From contig NC_068981.1 of assembly GCF_001194135.2 (NCBI RefSeq), positions 62,227,843-62,291,842 on the forward strand: 64,000 bases of DNA, read 5' to 3'. Position numbers and translations under genes: made by a program. This DNA is from Octopus bimaculoides. Lineage: Eukaryota. A model generated the notes under the pieces. It searched no databases. It saw nothing but the letters and a program-made list of their open reading frames with translations, and was not told where the DNA came from. Below, in pieces: positions 50,345-61,895 of this stretch; position 1 is the stretch's first letter; every line of letters starts with the position of its first letter.

Positions 50345-50580
50345 TTGCTAGATTCCTTCTGTGAAATCGTGTGTTGAAACAGGTATTGTTGTATTTTAGG
50401 AGTGTCATTTTATTTTATTTTGCCAAATAAATACACTCACTAAATATTTTTTCTTCACTCGTTTATGACTGTTCTTATTTTATTATTTTAACTCATGTCC
50501 ATTGTCCGGAATTTTTTGGTCACACATTTGTGACCTCTAGAGCGAGACTCTTCGTTTTCGTGTGTGTTCTTGCTTCACTT
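50345..50580 (-). repeat. Penelope pLTR-like repeat (family of 11705-11900), followed by (CTT)n to about 50716
   Basis: Aligned by eye to 11705-11900. It retains the stem II GGTCAC/GTGACC at 50518-50535, but the ribozyme core is mutated. Confidence 0.6.
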
Positions 50581-52139
50581 ACTTGCTGCTGCTGCTTCTT
50601 CTTCTTCTTCTTTTTTCTTCTTCTTCTTCTTCTTCTTCTTCTTCTTCTTCTTCTTCTTCTTCTTCTTCTTCTTCTTCTTCTTCTTCTTCTTCTTCTTCTT
50701 CTTCTTCTTCTTCTTCAATTATTGCCATCTTCATCATCATCGTATAAATAATGTATACACCTTATAATGTACGCTACATTTAGAATATATTTCCACCTTT
50801 CGGGTTTTCCATTAAGGGCACTTTTATTCCCTGTATATCTAGATATTTCAATGCTTGATTGTTGCTTTGCAGTTTTATAATTTCCAATATCGATTATGAA
50901 GTTTGGCATTGAACGACTATACAGTCTAATATGCTCTTTCCGATAGCTGGAGATTTCATAGAATTTGAATTGTTTCAAGATGTCATTAAAAGATAATTCT
51001 TTTTTATTGAGCACATATCACATTTTTATTGAATGACAACTCTATTTCTACATTTTTCTAATTTTCTCTTCCTTTGGTAGCTCTTCCCTTTTTAACAGTC
51101 TATGCCCCTCAATTTCTGCTTAAGTTTCACATACGGTATTTGGTATTTATTGTGTTTTACTTTCTATTATTTTTAATGCTTATATTTTTTATAAAGGATT
51201 CTTTTCTCACCATTCTTTTCATATTCTCAAAAAATTCGGGAAAAACAATTGTTAATACAAGTATGTTATCGTAACGCCATAGACAGTAGTATTTACGTCA
51301 ATGAAAGTTTCAGAATTCAATTTTTTTTTTTAATATTGATAGTATGTTCATATAATACTTCAAGAAGGATTACCATTACAGTCTGTTATTTAAAAGTAAA
51401 TTCTAAAACGTAATGTGTGTATTGGAGAGCTTTATAAAAGATTTGAATTAGATAGCGCAAGTGAAGGTAAACACTGGGCCAACCAATTATTGGATTTCTT
51501 TCAGCTTCATATTCTACAGCTAAAGTCATGTGATAAATCCTCTGCTTGTTTGCAAATCTAAGAGCAACCTTTGAAAATATTAACTAATTATACATATTTT
51601 GAGACATACGCTACCGCAAGACGGTACATTTTCTCGTTATGGGTCTGAAACAGAACGAAATTGTGATTGTATGGAATTGTAGGTCATTTCACCGCATTTA
51701 AATGTTCCTCCAACTCTAACATCTGCTTATTACATTTAAATCAACATTTCGCTTTAAGTTGATATAAATTACAAACAATAGACTCTGTAGTTCACAATCG
51801 TAAACAATCGTTTCCATACTATTCTCCTTATTTATATTTAAAAAATGCTTTTTCTCGATTTATGATACTTATAAAAACTGTATTTACCACTATTTTATTA
51901 TGATTATAAACAATTTTAAGAGTAATTGTATGATATATCAACACCATTAAAAATTCTCATTTTAATTCATTTCTTATAATATTAATGTGACTTAAACATT
52001 AACACAAATTCCAAACCTCATAGATAAAATGGAATTCATTGTTGGTTGCAAATGATATCAGATATTTTGTATTAGAAAACAAAACACATATACAACTTTT
52101 GTTTTCCTGTTGCTACTAATAAAAGGATTAGTATAGTAT

Positions 52140-52600
52140 AGAGCCACTTCTGATATGTGGCATATGGTCAATATGTCGGTTTGATGTCGCTGCCCTCATT
52201 TGCGCCTGCTACCGCGAGGTAGGTTCATCTGGGCCTCTCGACAGGAAGAGATCTAATTTTCTTTGAAAACACCTCTATCCAACTTATGTAGGTCCCACGA
52301 GTACTTTGGGGAAATATTAAAAATCTGTGGGCCCTTGAAACTCAAGCTGTTGCAGTAACTGGTCCTGAAGCGCGACGGCATTGTTGGGATCTTTGGAACT
52401 TCGCAGTGACGATACGTTCTGGCATTTGTGTAGCATTCAATGCCAAAATTTGACAAAATCCATAATCCTCCAAATGTATATTACTGAATATTTTTCCAGA
52501 CTTCGCTCCTGGTAGTAGAGTCTTAGTTGTTTCAACCTTTCCCACTAGCTGAGTTGTTGCAATAAGACGATCTTCTCTGTAAAGCTTCACTGAATTACTT
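52140..52600 (-). mobile_element. 3' fragment of a CR1-group LINE (family of 18640-20720)
   Basis: NFGIECYTNARTYRHCEVPKIPTMPSRFRTSYCNSLSFKGPQIFN..KLDLFLSRGPDEP. Confidence 0.85.
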
Positions 52601-52757
52601 CAAAGTCCGATTTTAACATATATATATATATATATATANNNNNNNNNNNNNNNNNNNNNNNNNNNNNNNNNNNNNNNNNNNNNNNNNNNNNNNNNNNNNN
52701 NNNNNNNNNNNNNNNNNNNNNNNNNNNNNNNNNNNNNNNNNNNNNNNTTTATATATG

Positions 52758-52789
<32 letters not shown>

Positions 52790-52793
<4 letters not shown>

Positions 52794-54113
52794 GTTGGCC
52801 ATAATTATGGGACACAATTTAGATGCTAGTATCTTGGTTATAAAAATGGCATAGAGTACCTCATATATTTATTTTATAATTGGTATACAGGTGTTTAACA
52901 TTATCTAAGATTTGAATATTACATCCTGTAGATGGCCATCACCACGAAAAGAACATTCACAAGCATGTTTTCTCATATCAAGCACACTGTGGCTTAGCAT
53001 ATTAACTGGAATCGCTGCAATCTCTCTACGAATGTTTTATTTTTGTTCTGGTGCTGTGTGGGGCTTTCTTACTTATACCCTACTATTGGGGTAAACCCAA
53101 AGAAAATAGTCCACTGGGGTGAGATCTGGTTTTCTTAATGGCTGGTGGATATCACCAAATTTCGAAATGGGTTGCCCAGCAATTGTTTTCGAAGTATTGT
53201 TACTGATAGTCACGTTGTGGCAACATCTTGTTACACCGACATCTGTGTCAGGACAAGCCTTTGTAACTCTGGGAAGACGGTCTTCAGCATATAGTTGAAG
53301 CACTCAGCATTTACTATTGGAACTGCACCATATTCGCCTACAAAACAGTAAGGTCCAATCACACATAGATAATTCATTGCCCACTACATTGTAACCCTCT
53401 TCCTGTGCAAAGGCCTTTCATGCACGATTTGAGGACTTTCATAACCCCAATTGTCTTTATTAATGTAATCAGAAAGCCTAAAATGAACATCTGATGTTAT
53501 CAAGTGATGGTTAAAATCTTCTTCCTCCCTGCACATATTGTCAGACCAATCACTAAAAGTCTTTCTTTGTACCTTATCTGGCGGAGCAATTGTTACACTG
53601 CATGCATCTTATATGAATACAAGTGTACATCTTGTTTTAAAAATCTTTCGCGAAATATTCGACTGTTGAGTCAATCGATGCGTTGATTACGAGAGACTTT
53701 GTTGATTACCGTTCCCCACACTTTAACAGTTCCCAGCACTACGAGATGTTCGAGTCGACCCGAAGAAGTTTCCTTCTCGGTATTGCCTGTCTCACGGACG
53801 TTCGTAACAACGCGCATTATCACCTTTCGGGATGGTGCCTGTCGCTTTCCAAAATGATGTGGCAATTTTGTGTGGCTGGTGAAGTATGATTCGACTGGTA
53901 AAGCATACTATCTTTGGCTGGTGAAGAATGCTTCGACTACGCACGCAATCCCTTTTGGAACCCACGACATTATGAGGGCCACTCACTGTAAAAAATAGTA
54001 AAATCTTAGATGTGTATATCAGTTATGTAATACATATAGTTGGTATTGTATGTCTCTTTTATAATCTAAGATACTAGTACTTAAAAGTTGTCCCATCATT
54101 ATAGCTCATCCTG
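52790..54113 (-). mobile_element. Decayed Tc1/mariner element of rosa/DD41D type
   Basis: Imperfect TIRs (c/t.gg.tg.gc.ataat.atgggaca) at 52790-52815 and 54089-54113 with TA flanks. HTH FGKRQAPSRKVIMRVV; QD.ATT..ISKFGDIH..PDLTPVDYFLW; ends GDGHLQDVIFKS*. Confidence 0.85.
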
Positions 54114-56399
54114 TATATGTGTGTGTATGTGTGTGTGTGCATGCATGTGTGTGTGTGTATACACACAACGCATTGATGTAGAAGACACTTGCCCATTATG
54201 ATACGCACTATGGGTTTGAACACGGAATAAAGTGTTTGGGAAGCAGATTATTACCACAGAGCCACACCTACCTATAAAATTCGCCCGAGAAGTGATGTGA
54301 AAACGCACTGGAATTACAAATAGAATTAAAGACGAATAGACCATCATTTAAAGAAATGGTTTCACCTTATTTTAAGTATTGATTCCATGCGTTGTCCTGC
54401 CTTAAATTAATTTTCTACAGCTGTTCTTTTTAGACGTTAATATAGAACAATAATGTGTGTATATGTGTTTCGTGGGTGTGCGTGCGTGTGTGTGTGTGTG
54501 TATGTGTGTGTGTGTGTGTATGTGCGTGTGCGTGCGTGCGTGCGTGTGTGTGTATGTACCTGCGTGATTGTGTGCATGCATATTTCTGTGTGGCTATGGT
54601 ATGACTTAAAAGAACATATTGGCAAGAATTGAATAGCTATTTTTTTATAGAAAAAAAATGGATGCTAATTATTTTAATGAACATTTATTTTATTTATCCT
54701 TAGACTTAGCAAATGGAATCACACTGAACACATTTCAATTTCTTTCAAAGTGACTACTGATTTCTAATTAAATTTATTTTCGTTAATCTCATGTAATAAA
54801 TATTTATCAGGAATGACGGGAAAATTGTTGAAATTTTCATTTCATTTAACTAATCTTGTGTTTCATGGGGAATTACAGTCGTGGTTATAAATCAGATGAC
54901 ATTTCTTTTACAATGTTAATATGACCAATGGTTTCATTTTCTGTTATTGCCAAATTAGCCTGATCCTTATCAGTGATACTGTCTTTTCATAGTTTTCTTC
55001 TCGATATTTTATATAGATATTGTTAGACGAGGCAGTGTTTATAATTCATTTATATATCTGTTATAGTCAGGAATTACAACACTTGTCTCGTGAATGAGAT
55101 TTGATACACAGAAACTGTGCTGAAACCCATCGGATGCACTGTAACTAATTTAAGATGTCACCTTTGTTATATACGGCTTCACGTTTGTTACGTCTGAGGT
55201 CTATATGAATAGAACATGTACATTTAAATTACTGCTTATCAGCTAATACAAGGAATAGGCTATTTAGTGAATCAAACACATTAACGATACAAATGGTTGA
55301 AATCAATGAAGGAACTAATTTATTTCTTACTTTATTTCATTGTCAAATTAATCGCCACTGTTCGGAGGTTCACTGTGAGAGATCGCTCCCGAGATAACCG
55401 AAATAGTTACACATAAGCATATAATTTGTAAAGCATATTCATCACATACGTCACCGTCAATAAGCCAAGGATTTGTATAATGTCAAGCAATATTTATTTT
55501 TTCTCACAAAAATAATAGAACATAGACAAAAATGCACTTTTGCATTCTGAATTAAAAACTCGACGGATTCAATTTATATTCATCCTACTGATGTCGATAA
55601 AATATGTACAATTTAAGAACTTAACCAATTAAAATTCACGTATTTTCCAACAATTTTTTTAAACGTGGCAGTTCTATAAACCGATATGTATAATATATAT
55701 GGAATTCTTAGTTTTTGTGTATTCATTGAGGATATGCTCATTATTTGTTATATATTCTATCTATTATTTCTGTAATTATGATCTATATTGACTCTCTATA
55801 ATAGTACGAGTACACACAAATCATATTTCGATGAAAATATATTACATAATGTCTTTGTTTTACCATTCAATTCTCAGGACTATATCGGTAATTGTGAGAG
55901 TATGTAAGAAACAAAAATATAGGCTTATGAGTGCGCATGTGAAGCACAATTTCTACTAATTATTGAGAAGCTAACATAGGTATATAGAATGATGATAACG
56001 ATGCGACTCAATTTGATGATAGTAAAATTGATGATAGGCTAGAATGCTCAGCGATGCGTTAAGCTTTAATTACTCTAAAATATCGCTAATCCAATTTCAG
56101 TGATAAGCCACTTTATAGACTTCTAAAGTTAGGAAGAACAGAAATAGGTTTTGTAACTAAAGCACTTACTAAGAAACATTAATATCAGAAACAGAAATTA
56201 TTAAACTACAACAGTGTACAGATGACAGTACTGACATAGATTGGTTTAGGATTTTAAACGACAAGCATAGAACTAGATTTACTCATTAGATTAACACAGC
56301 TAGATATCTATAAGTCGATGATGAAATTTTTGGTTGATAAGGTAACAAGTTCGCAAAAAGATATGTCAATATTGACCACTTAGACCTGGCTCTATCATG

Positions 56400-57060
56400 C
56401 ATGAGCAAACCAATATCTCCTTCTTTTCAGTAATGGATCTGCATTGGTTAAAACATTCGATATGGATGAATTGTTTTATGTATCGTTGGGCTCGTATGAT
56501 GATAAATTTATTTTTAAAAAAACAGGACTCTAGTTTATGAGAAAATACGAGAAAAACAGAAGTTGAAACACGAACAAGGTTGCTGAACATTTCGTTTCAA
56601 GCGGCTGCAATTTTGAAGAAGACTTGAAAGTGCATATTCTCAGAAAACATTCTGAATCTGCCCCACTTTCACTTCTCAGAATGTATGAGGAGAAATATGT
56701 GTGCGGGTTATTAACATCACGCCCTGGAGGAATGAATAAGATGACAGAAGAATATCATCAAATTCATACAAAACTGTTTAATTAAATATTCTTCTTTCTC
56801 TCTTTTTCTTTCCTTTTTTCTGTCTTCTTGTTTTTTCTATTTTTTTCTGTCTTTTTCTTTTCGTCTGTTATAAAATTGTAACTTAAAGACTGATGATGTC
56901 ATTCCATCAACGTGTGGACGCTGGTTGCTCTCGTTCATACTTTACGTTTAAATTTCTGTAATATTGAATTTTTATCACTTCTTATTTTGAACTTGACAAA
57001 GACAGAGGCACGGTTGAAATATCGTTCAACTAATAAAATATCTTAAAATCGAATCGCGCT
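56400..57060 (+). mobile_element. Penelope-like 3' end (GIY-YIG C-terminus and pLTR)
   Basis: ELFYV..KKTG..NKVAEHFVSSGCNFEEDLKVHIL..RMYEEKYVCGLLTSRPGGMN, followed by a pyrimidine tract, hammerhead-like remnants and AATAAA. Confidence 0.7.
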
Positions 57061-57104
57061 TTTCGTCTTGACTGTTTAACTTTGTGAAGAGTTATCATTT
57101 TATC

Positions 57105-57320
57105 ATTTCATCTAGTTTCAGCTCATGAACTGTGGCCATGCTGGGGCACCGCCATTGGTGAAAGAATACAACAGGGGTCTCCACCACCCCCTGCCGGAGC
57201 CTCGTCGAGCGTTAGGTGTTTTTGCTCAATAAAAACACACAATGCCCGGTCTGGGAATCGAAACTGCGATCCTCCGACCGCGAGTCCACTGCCCCAACCA
57301 CTGGGCCATTGCGCCTCCAC
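57105..57320 (-). mobile_element. tRNA-derived SINE (second family)
   Basis: gtggaggcgcaatggcccagtggttgggg..gactcgcggtc..gtttcgattcccagaccgg is a tRNA-like head with A and B boxes, followed by a non-tRNA body and a short repeat tail. Confidence 0.85.
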
Positions 57321-57377
57321 GTCAATCCTTTTAGAAATATATTATTATTATTACTATTATTATTATTATTATTATTA

Positions 57378-57467
57378 TTTATTCATGGCACTGCCTGGAA
57401 TTGAACTCGCAATAGCCCACGATCTTAACCATTATGCTATATGCCCACGGGCAGTGCCATGAATAAA
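57378..57467 (-). mobile_element. tRNA-like SINE head enclosed by an 18-bp perfect inverted repeat
   Basis: A box TAGCATAATGG and B box GAGTTCAATTCC on the minus strand. tttattcatggcactgcc / ggcagtgccatgaataaa at 57378-57395 and 57450-57467. Confidence 0.65.
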
Positions 57468-57525
57468 TAATAAATAATAATAATAATAATAATAACAACA
57501 ACAACAACAATAATAATAATAACAA

Positions 57526-58096
57526 CCTGGATGCAGTACCCAGCCCGGATGCAGTACCAGGTAGTGACTCTGATAGCTGCTGATCTTAATTAATTGGAAA
57601 TGTTATCATGCACATTGTTTTGTCTTGGTATAAAAGATGGGCTACAGCAAATAATATGCTTAATACCAAAGATTTGCTTGTTAGTTGTTTGACCTTAACA
57701 AGTTGAGCATACCCCTTGGTGGCTGACGATATGTGCATTTCTGCTTATGAGCAGAAGTAGTCGGAGAGCATCATAGCCATGTGTTGAGAGGAATTCTTTG
57801 GGTTTTGAATAATTCACCTTTAGAAACATGGGTGTTTTGCACAACACCCTTAAACAAACCTTATTCAGGGACCTTTTGAGCGAGATGGGCTACTTGACAT
57901 GAAGAAAGTTCTAACTGGGCCCCACCAGCGAGGTTATGCGCTGTTTATCTTGATATGAGATCACCATGTCGTGCACATATGGTTGTGATGCATGTGCCTG
58001 CTGTACCCTTATCAGCCAGGTAGCCATGATGGGTATAATGGGCTTCGTATATTTTACCCCATTGTCACTTTGATGGCATGCACTGCTTTCTCATTC

Positions 58097-58180
<84 letters not shown>
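57526..58180 (+). mobile_element. Interspersed retroposon (LINE 3' UTR or long SINE) with (AAT)n tail
   Basis: About 570-bp non-coding body ending ...gatggcatgcactgctttctcattc(aat)n. The same 3' end recurs inverted at about 49978-50030. Confidence 0.7.
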
Positions 58181-58182
<2 letters not shown>

Positions 58183-58189
58183 TACCAAC

Positions 58190-58345
58190 AACAACATCAG
58201 CAAAAAATAACTTAGAAATGAGAAGTCAGGGTTGGGTTCAAAATTCTACCAGGACATTTGATGAAGTCTGAAGAGTAAATCAGCCGAAACATTGTGGTAA
58301 CAATAAACAAGATGAATTTAAATAATGTAAATAATGTATATAATG
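58190..58345 (+). repeat. pLTR-like repeat with decayed hammerhead motif
   Basis: tTGATGA-A-GTCTGA(loop)TCAGCC-GAAAC-ATT at 58258-58293, followed by AATAAA and a (TAAATAATG)n-type tail. Confidence 0.55.
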
Positions 58346-58759
58346 TGGCTAGTTAGCAAAAATGCAAAAATCAAATATACAAATAAAGGTACTAGTTGAC
58401 ACCAGTTCTGCTAGATATGGGAGCCAAAATCGACCAAATTAATACAGGCACTGAAAGTTAACAAGCTGATGTTTGTGTATATGCGTGTCTGTCTCTGTGT
58501 GTGTATGATTGTGATGCACTTCCACAATTTTCAACCGATGTCGCTGAAACTTATCACACTGAAAGCTTATACTCCAAGTGTGGTCCTGATCTACTTTATA
58601 TTTGCCAGACACCCTGCGTATAACCAAAGACGTCATGTATATTTGATCTGTATAAATTAGTGTTTACTTAACCCCTTTCCCCCATTATGACCTACGGCCT
58701 TGATACTCCTCTACTCCAGCCTCTTATTTCGTGTGAATGACTGCTTTCATCACGTCCTT

Positions 58760-59100
58760 AGTTTACTCGACCCCCCACCCATTATCACCGATGATCATAA
58801 CGCCCCTTTCCATCACCATTTTCCTTAATGATATTATGTCAATGGTCTGCCAATAAGGAGTGAACTGCAAACATGATCTTTGACTTATGCGCGTGAACAT
58901 TATTGATTGTCCACTGTAATGAGTCCGTTCAATTAATTCTTTCACTGAATTTCATTGGTGGAACTCAGTTCACCTGATCATGCCAGTGTCAAATCGTAAT
59001 TATTGATGGGCCTTTGTGCATATCTGATACGTGCTTCGGATTACAGGTTAAGCCTACCATTCGACGTATATTATTGCTTCAACTTCATACTCCCTGTTGA
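58760..59100 (-). mobile_element. Possible Tc1/mariner transposase C-terminal remnant
   Basis: YDLTLA*SGEL and MKELIER...IGDNGWGVE* loosely match DLTPxD..ELKERI..NGGHVE*. No TIR was found. Confidence 0.3.
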
Positions 59101-60269
59101 CATTTTTCGTTGTCCCTTACTCAATTAAGTTAATTCCTTCATACTGTTGGCCCCTACAGGTTTTTAATTTACGAGTCGTTAGAAAATATTGTATTCGGTG
59201 TGTTTGTGCCCACATAGCTAACTGCCAGACCCTGCTTCCACCTTTTTTGAATAATGCGTTTAGTAGTTTCACTTTCTTTATGTTGTGCCAAATTTGTTTC
59301 CCAGTATCCCTTTTTACTTAATTTTCAAACCTCGCAATTTAGACATAGTCTTAATTATTTAAATATATATATATATATANNNNNNNNNNNNNNNNNNNNN
59401 NNNNNNNNNNNNNNNNNNNNNNNNNNNNNNNNNNNNNNNNNNNNNNNNNNNNNNNNNNNNNNNNNNNNNNNNNNNNNNNNNNNNNNNNNNNNNNNNNNNN
59501 NNNNNNNNNNNNNNNNNNNNNNNNNNNNNNNNNNNNNNNNNNNNNNNNNNNNNNNNNNNNNNNNNNNNNNNNNNNNNNNNNNNNNNNNNNNNNNNNNNNN
59601 NNNNNNNNNNNNNNNNNNNNNNNNNNNNNNNNNNNNNNNNNNNNNNNNNNNNNNNNNNNNNNNNNNNNNNNNNNNNNNNNNNNNNNNNNNNNNNNNNNNN
59701 NNNNNNNNNNNNNNNNNNNNNNNNNNNNNNNNNNNNNNNNNNNNNNNNNNNNNNNNNNNNNNNNNNNNNNNNNNNNNNNNNNNNNNNNNNNNNNNNNNNN
59801 NNNNNNNNNNNNNNNNNNNNNNNNNNNNNNNNNNNNNNNNNNNNNNNNNNNNNNNNNNNNNNNNNNNNNNNNNNNNNNNNNNNNNNNNNNNNNNNNNNNN
59901 NNNNNNNNNNNNNNNNNNNNNNNNNNNNNNNNNNNNNNNNNNNNNNNNNNNNNNNNNNAAGCGCGGGGCATATACTGTATTGCCTCGTGTTGCTTTATTT
60001 GCTAATTTAGAGTTCTAAATCATCGTCCAGGAGATAGATGGTAAATGTTTTCATTTTTCATTCTCTTCGAAATTTATCCCTAATAGTGGTTTGGATTTTG
60101 GCTACCCCCTCTTGCGTGCTAGGTATGATGGTCACCTCTTGTGTGTTTAAATGTGCACTGTTTTTATATGAATATATATGTATTTGTAAGTGTGTGTCTG
60201 TGTGTGTGTGTGTGTGTGTGTGCGCGTGTGTGTGTGTGCGTGTGTGTATGTGTGTGCGTGTGTGTAAAG

Positions 60270-60590
60270 GTGCATAGCTCATTGGTCAGAGCGTCGAGCT
60301 TACAATCGCGAGGTTGTGTGTTCGAAGCCCGGGTCGGGCTGCGTGTTGTGTTATTGAGCAAGACACATTATTTCACGTTGCTCTAGTTCTCTCAGCTGTA
60401 GAAATGTGTTGCGACGTCACTGGTGCCAAGATGTATCGGTCTGAGCCTTTCCCTTGGACAACACTGGTGGCGTAGAGAGGGGAGGCCACTATCCATGGGT
60501 GACTGCTGGTCTTCCATAAACAATCTTGCCCGGTCTTGTGCCTGGGAGGGTAAAATTCTAGGTGCAATCCCATGATCAGTCATGACCGAA
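60270..60590 (+). mobile_element. tRNA-derived SINE with central conserved-domain-like body (third family)
   Basis: tagctcattggtcagagcg (A box), gttcgaagccc (B box), then ttgtgttattgagcaagacacattatttcac..tgctctagt..tcagctgtaaa-like core. Confidence 0.85.
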
Positions 60591-61895
60591 GCTCAGCTCA
60601 GCACATATATATATATATATATAATCGAATTTATTAACGCATTTGCGAAGTGAACTTTTTAAGCACAAGAATATGCTAGAGATATGATATCTATACTATG
60701 TTACGCAAACACACGGTCCTACACAATCAGATATATTGGCGTATTGAGTGTGCATGCGTTAGTGTCTATATGTGATATTGAGCGCAAATCCATAATTGGA
60801 TGTTGTATCGTTGTCAGAAGCCGTTCGTCACTTCTCGTTAGCAACAATAATGATGTTCGTTTCCAACAGATCTCACTCGTTTGACGTCATAGTCTGTTGC
60901 TGTGAGTCAACCGAACAAACATAGCAAATTCCAGAAATAATCAGTTGGAAAGTTTGCGAATGATCTGTTTGGGCAAAAGCTAACAACACCCCAAAGGTCA
61001 AGAAGGCATTTGACCACTAACAGTATAGCGCAGTATACAGTTGAATTATTCAAAGACGAAACTAACAAGCAACGTAACCCATCAAGAGCTATTTTAATTC
61101 TAATATGAAAAATATAATTGTTGCACAAAATCCTGACGTCACAGTAACTATAGGTTACACATTTAATTATTACAAATCAAATAACTTTGGCGCTTATAAG
61201 AGTTATGACGTTTTAAAATAAAAAGAAACGATGGATAAATTCTGAATAATGAACCATAAACAGGAGAAAATATATTGTATTTTGCGAGTATTTCACTCAA
61301 TGCATTCTGCTTTCAAATCCAGTTAGTTTATAACATACGCGGACTGACTTCGATAACGATATTTATTGTGTAGAATATGTCTTCGTGTTTTCCTTTCTTC
61401 GTTCAATAAATCTATATTTCGAGCTTGAAGCAAAGTTATACTGTTGATTCAAGTTCTTATAACAGATGTGACCGTTTTCATTTAGTGGTTTAGTAGTAGT
61501 TCCATTATATATTGTAGCAGAATAATAAAAACAATATTTTATACAATCTTTAATTAGAATCAGTTTATTTATAAATGCACATACATGAAAGTTTTGGATA
61601 CTGTCCTCATGAACGTGAGCACTTTTGAACTAGGGAACGATACACACAAAAAATACACACTTCACTCATGGCTATCCCCATACAGCGAACTATCACTAGC
61701 TCGAATCCTTTATACACTATCCCCCGTCTATCAAGATTTTGGCCTTCTTCACATCACATACAACACGCCCCACACACGCTATCTTCTTTTTTTCGAATGC
61801 GCACGCACACATGTATACATATATAATTTTTGTACAGTGCATATTAAAACTTAAAATGTGTAATAAATAACCCTGATTGAGTATTCTATGCTGGA

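Noticed and set aside
50715-51014. 99-aa minus-strand ORF with NVAYIIRC resembling a GIY-YIG motif
   Set aside because: The downstream YIG and catalytic residues are absent, and the motif abuts a microsatellite. There is too little evidence to assign it.
47302-54760. Isolated acceptor/donor-like sites (47302-47315, after 54702; also after 25815)
   Set aside because: The open segments are very short with no recognisable product or consistent partner exons. Such sites are expected by chance in AT-rich DNA.
57216-60590. tRNA-like sequences as genuine tRNA genes
   Set aside because: They lack complete cloverleaf acceptor stems and continue into SINE bodies.
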